A stretch of 64,000 bases of DNA from Ruditapes philippinarum (lineage: Eukaryota), in contig NW_026861540.1 in NCBI RefSeq assembly GCF_026571515.1, positions 186,001 through 250,000 on the forward strand, written 5' to 3'. Position 1 is the first letter of the stretch. Each line of letters starts with the position of its first letter. Below the pieces are notes generated by a model that was not told the origin of the DNA, ran no database searches, and saw nothing but the letters and a program-made list of their open reading frames with translations. This document shows positions 60,861 to 64,000 of this stretch, in pieces. Both the position numbers and the translations under genes were made by a program.

Positions 60861-63800
60861 GTTTAGGATCTTCGTTGAGGCTTACAGACTAATGAACGAA
60901 TAATTGTAATGTGTGTGTTTTTTTAAAACAAACATTTTTCGACAAGAATATTAAATTTGATCTACAATTTGATCTACAATGATACAAATGTATGTATTCT
61001 TTTAAAAGAAATGTCAATGTCCTTTAATCTTTCGACAAAACATGTACAAAAGGTTCCTTATTTAACCTCTTGTATACATGTACATGTATATCTGTCAAAT
61101 TAGCATTTTCATTATGCTTCTTGTTTGAGATATGAGCTTTCTTAATTTGGTATATATTTGAAATAATCATAAAGTCATTCTCCAAAACAAAAATTGTATC
61201 ACCGTTATGTTGTAGAACTCCTGTATGTTCTTCTATGTGTATTGTTTCATTATTACTCATTGTTTAGTGTCTTGATAAATTTACAACAGTTTTATCATAC
61301 TTTTCCTATCCATTTTTTGTTATAAAAGGTCACAATGTTACTGATATAATCAAGATAATAGTGTCTCCAAAGTCTCGAGACAATACTATTCACTCGTGTC
61401 AAGAATGATTTAAATTCGTCTGTATTTGGTTGGTAACTGACATGATATACTTTTTAACGATGCAATGGAAAGGAAATTCAAGAGAAAAAATACGACAGTT
61501 ACAATGGCGTTTTTCTCAATCAAATCATCATTACAATTATCTGGCCCGAAGAAATTTTAAATGCAATTTTACTTTAAAAAACCCGCAAAAACTTTTTTCT
61601 GACAAAATACTTAGAAATGCGGTGCAAAACGTTTTTTTATGATTTACATCTTTCTTTACAGCAATATGAACGCAATTTTGTGGAAATGAAGTCGTTTAAA
61701 GCACACAATTTTTCTTACACGGGTATATAAAACAAGTTTAGAACCGGTGTAAACCGTATATAATCATGTGATATACTAGAAACAAAGTGTGTGAATCTTG
61801 TTCAAAACAATTCAATTTATCTATATATAGTGTTCAGACGTTTAGCATTAACAAAAATATTATGAATAAGCTATAAAGCGTATAATGTAAGACAACATTA
61901 TCCATTTCCATTTTAATGTTTGTATTCTAAATTGATTTTTAACTTTTAAATTGAAGAAAAGCATGCAACTTATCGTTATCATATTATAAGGAAAGAAAGA
62001 CCCAATAACTACCGTAATATACAGGCTTCGTTACCTCTGATCACCTTTCAAAATTCTACTTTCTTTAGTTTATCGGAATGTTTTCTCATTTAGGGCATAT
62101 GCACTCTTTTACTTTCGGATCATGCGCCGTTTTTCACTGAATAGCACGTATTTGTCACATTAAAGGTTTCATGATAACCGCCGAATGAACACATCTGTGG
62201 AGGATGTTTCTTAACAAACAATTTACCATTTCTTGTTTTAATGTTAAATACTGCTTAAACCTCTGCTATGGACGTGGACGGAAGCTTGCAAATACGAACA
62301 CGGTCAGTCAGTCAGAAACCGAGCCTGCAACATTATCAATTTTGCCGTTTTGATCATTCTTTAGGGAGTCTCTTTTGGCTATTTCATGAGATTTATAGAT
62401 TTATTTACAAACTGTGCAAAAAAGAAAAGAAAAAACTTTTATCAAAGAAGCAAATGTATGAATTGTAATAATATTGTTTTTCTCTATTTATACTAAGTTT
62501 TTAATTTTATTTAAGGAAGTTCTCAATTTTAAAATCGAATACGATCTTTAGATATGATTACACTACCGGGGTAATGTGAAATCAATTATAAAAGTCGCCG
62601 CACTTATTATACGAGCTAGTACTTGATATAATACACTCTAGTATGAAGTTTAATTTTCTTAATTGTCCTGGGAAGAATTTTGAAATATCAAATTAATTTG
62701 ACAGAATAGCGTCTCTTACTCGCCATTAGTTCACGAATGTGTCAAAGGTAAGCGATTGAGAGACAATAATTGATTATTAATTATCTGTTTTGGGATGTCT
62801 TATTTGATATGCTATTCTCTTAATTCTGTGTTAATACTATGAAGATTATCCTTAATTGAATTAGCCTAATAGACGACTTTCTCCAATTAGATTTACTACA
62901 ATGTTTTTGTATGAACAGTATGTGGCCATTAAAGTTTAAAATAAGCCATCCATTCTTTAAATGAGTAGATCTCTAAATAAATAAAAATAAAAATAAATTA
63001 ATAAATAAATAAATAAACATCACTGCTATATTTTGGTAGTTGTCTCCGAAGTCTGCTGAGACACTATTGAAAAGTGTCAAAAATTTCCTGTGTTTATTGA
63101 CGTGAAATACTAAACGAACGTTGTAATGCAAAGGCAAAAAGGCACATCGTTAATTATCAATCATTTTCGTTTGAAACAAGCGTAAGAAAAACATACAAAT
63201 ACAAAAATTTAAACTTTTTTTAAAACTGAATTGGAATAAATAAATGTCTGTTTGTTTTACAAATCATTAAATAGTCACAAATAAAATACTTTATACAATA
63301 TGTAAGAATTTTCATGTGTCAAAATTATTGAAACATCTAAAACATGTCTTCAATGTTTTTTAATGTAAACCAAGGCAAACAAAAATACACTTAAACACAT
63401 AGAAACATACAATGAAGTATCTTATTTTTATCAGGTTGGATCTTTAGAAAAATTATGCTATACTTTCTTAACTCATACATACGCGATTCAATACCAACAA
63501 ACATTGTTTCATGCGTGCATTTCCTTCTCAATGTCTTAAAATATGTATCAAGATAAACAGTTGAAATATTTACTCTTTATCTTTCAATAGTGATTGATAA
63601 TCAGATTGAATCATGATTTTTGAAACTTTAACATTGCTTTTTTATGATTTGAAAATTTAGAATTCTTACACACGTGATAGGTTTAAGGCCAAAGTTTGAG
63701 AAAGCAACGAACGTGGAAGATACAATGCTGTAAACTATCTTCTCTATCTAACATTTGATCATTTCGGTTAAACATATTTTTAAAGTTCGATTGTGTCGGG

Positions 63801-64000
63801 AAGCTTATAGAATATGAAAACAAAGATCAACAAGGAAGGGCGGCACTCCATTAACGCCAAGGAGCCCAGCAGGACACCAAACAAAAGCAAGGAATGACAC
63901 AAGGACAAAGAAAGACGGGTAGTAATTATAAATATATGGGCCACCCTCGCAACCAATACTTAGCAACAACGGGCTTGTCTTTGACATGGTTTGAACCCAC

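Overview
AT-rich, intron-containing animal genomic DNA; the gene content and repeat families point to a bivalve mollusc (inference). Most ORF-track entries are spurious, so spliced genes were rebuilt by hand. (1) A tandem array of four + strand genes (1-23 kb) encoding secreted ~145-155 aa proteins with two atypical Kazal domains; exon architecture is shared and the P1 residues differ. (2) A complete 6-exon LIN37 gene (MuvB/DREAM subunit, 259 aa) on the - strand. (3) A 5'-truncated, recently disabled non-LTR retrotransposon with a minisatellite in its 3' UTR. (4) An unrecognised gene with a 1.68-kb exon and an acidic C-terminal half, lying in one half of an old local duplication. (5) A 5-exon dermatopontin / hemagglutinin-amebocyte aggregation factor gene (199 aa). 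Introns and spacers hold many MITEs, SINEs and a pearl/Helentron-type element with 168-bp core repeats. The most unusual non-coding object is a 1068-bp TG...CA element with a 5-bp TSD (12545-13612). It carries a tRNA-derived Pol III promoter near its 5' end, followed by about 1 kb without any T4 terminator. It sits next to a TIR element carrying two tRNA-Pro-like cassettes.
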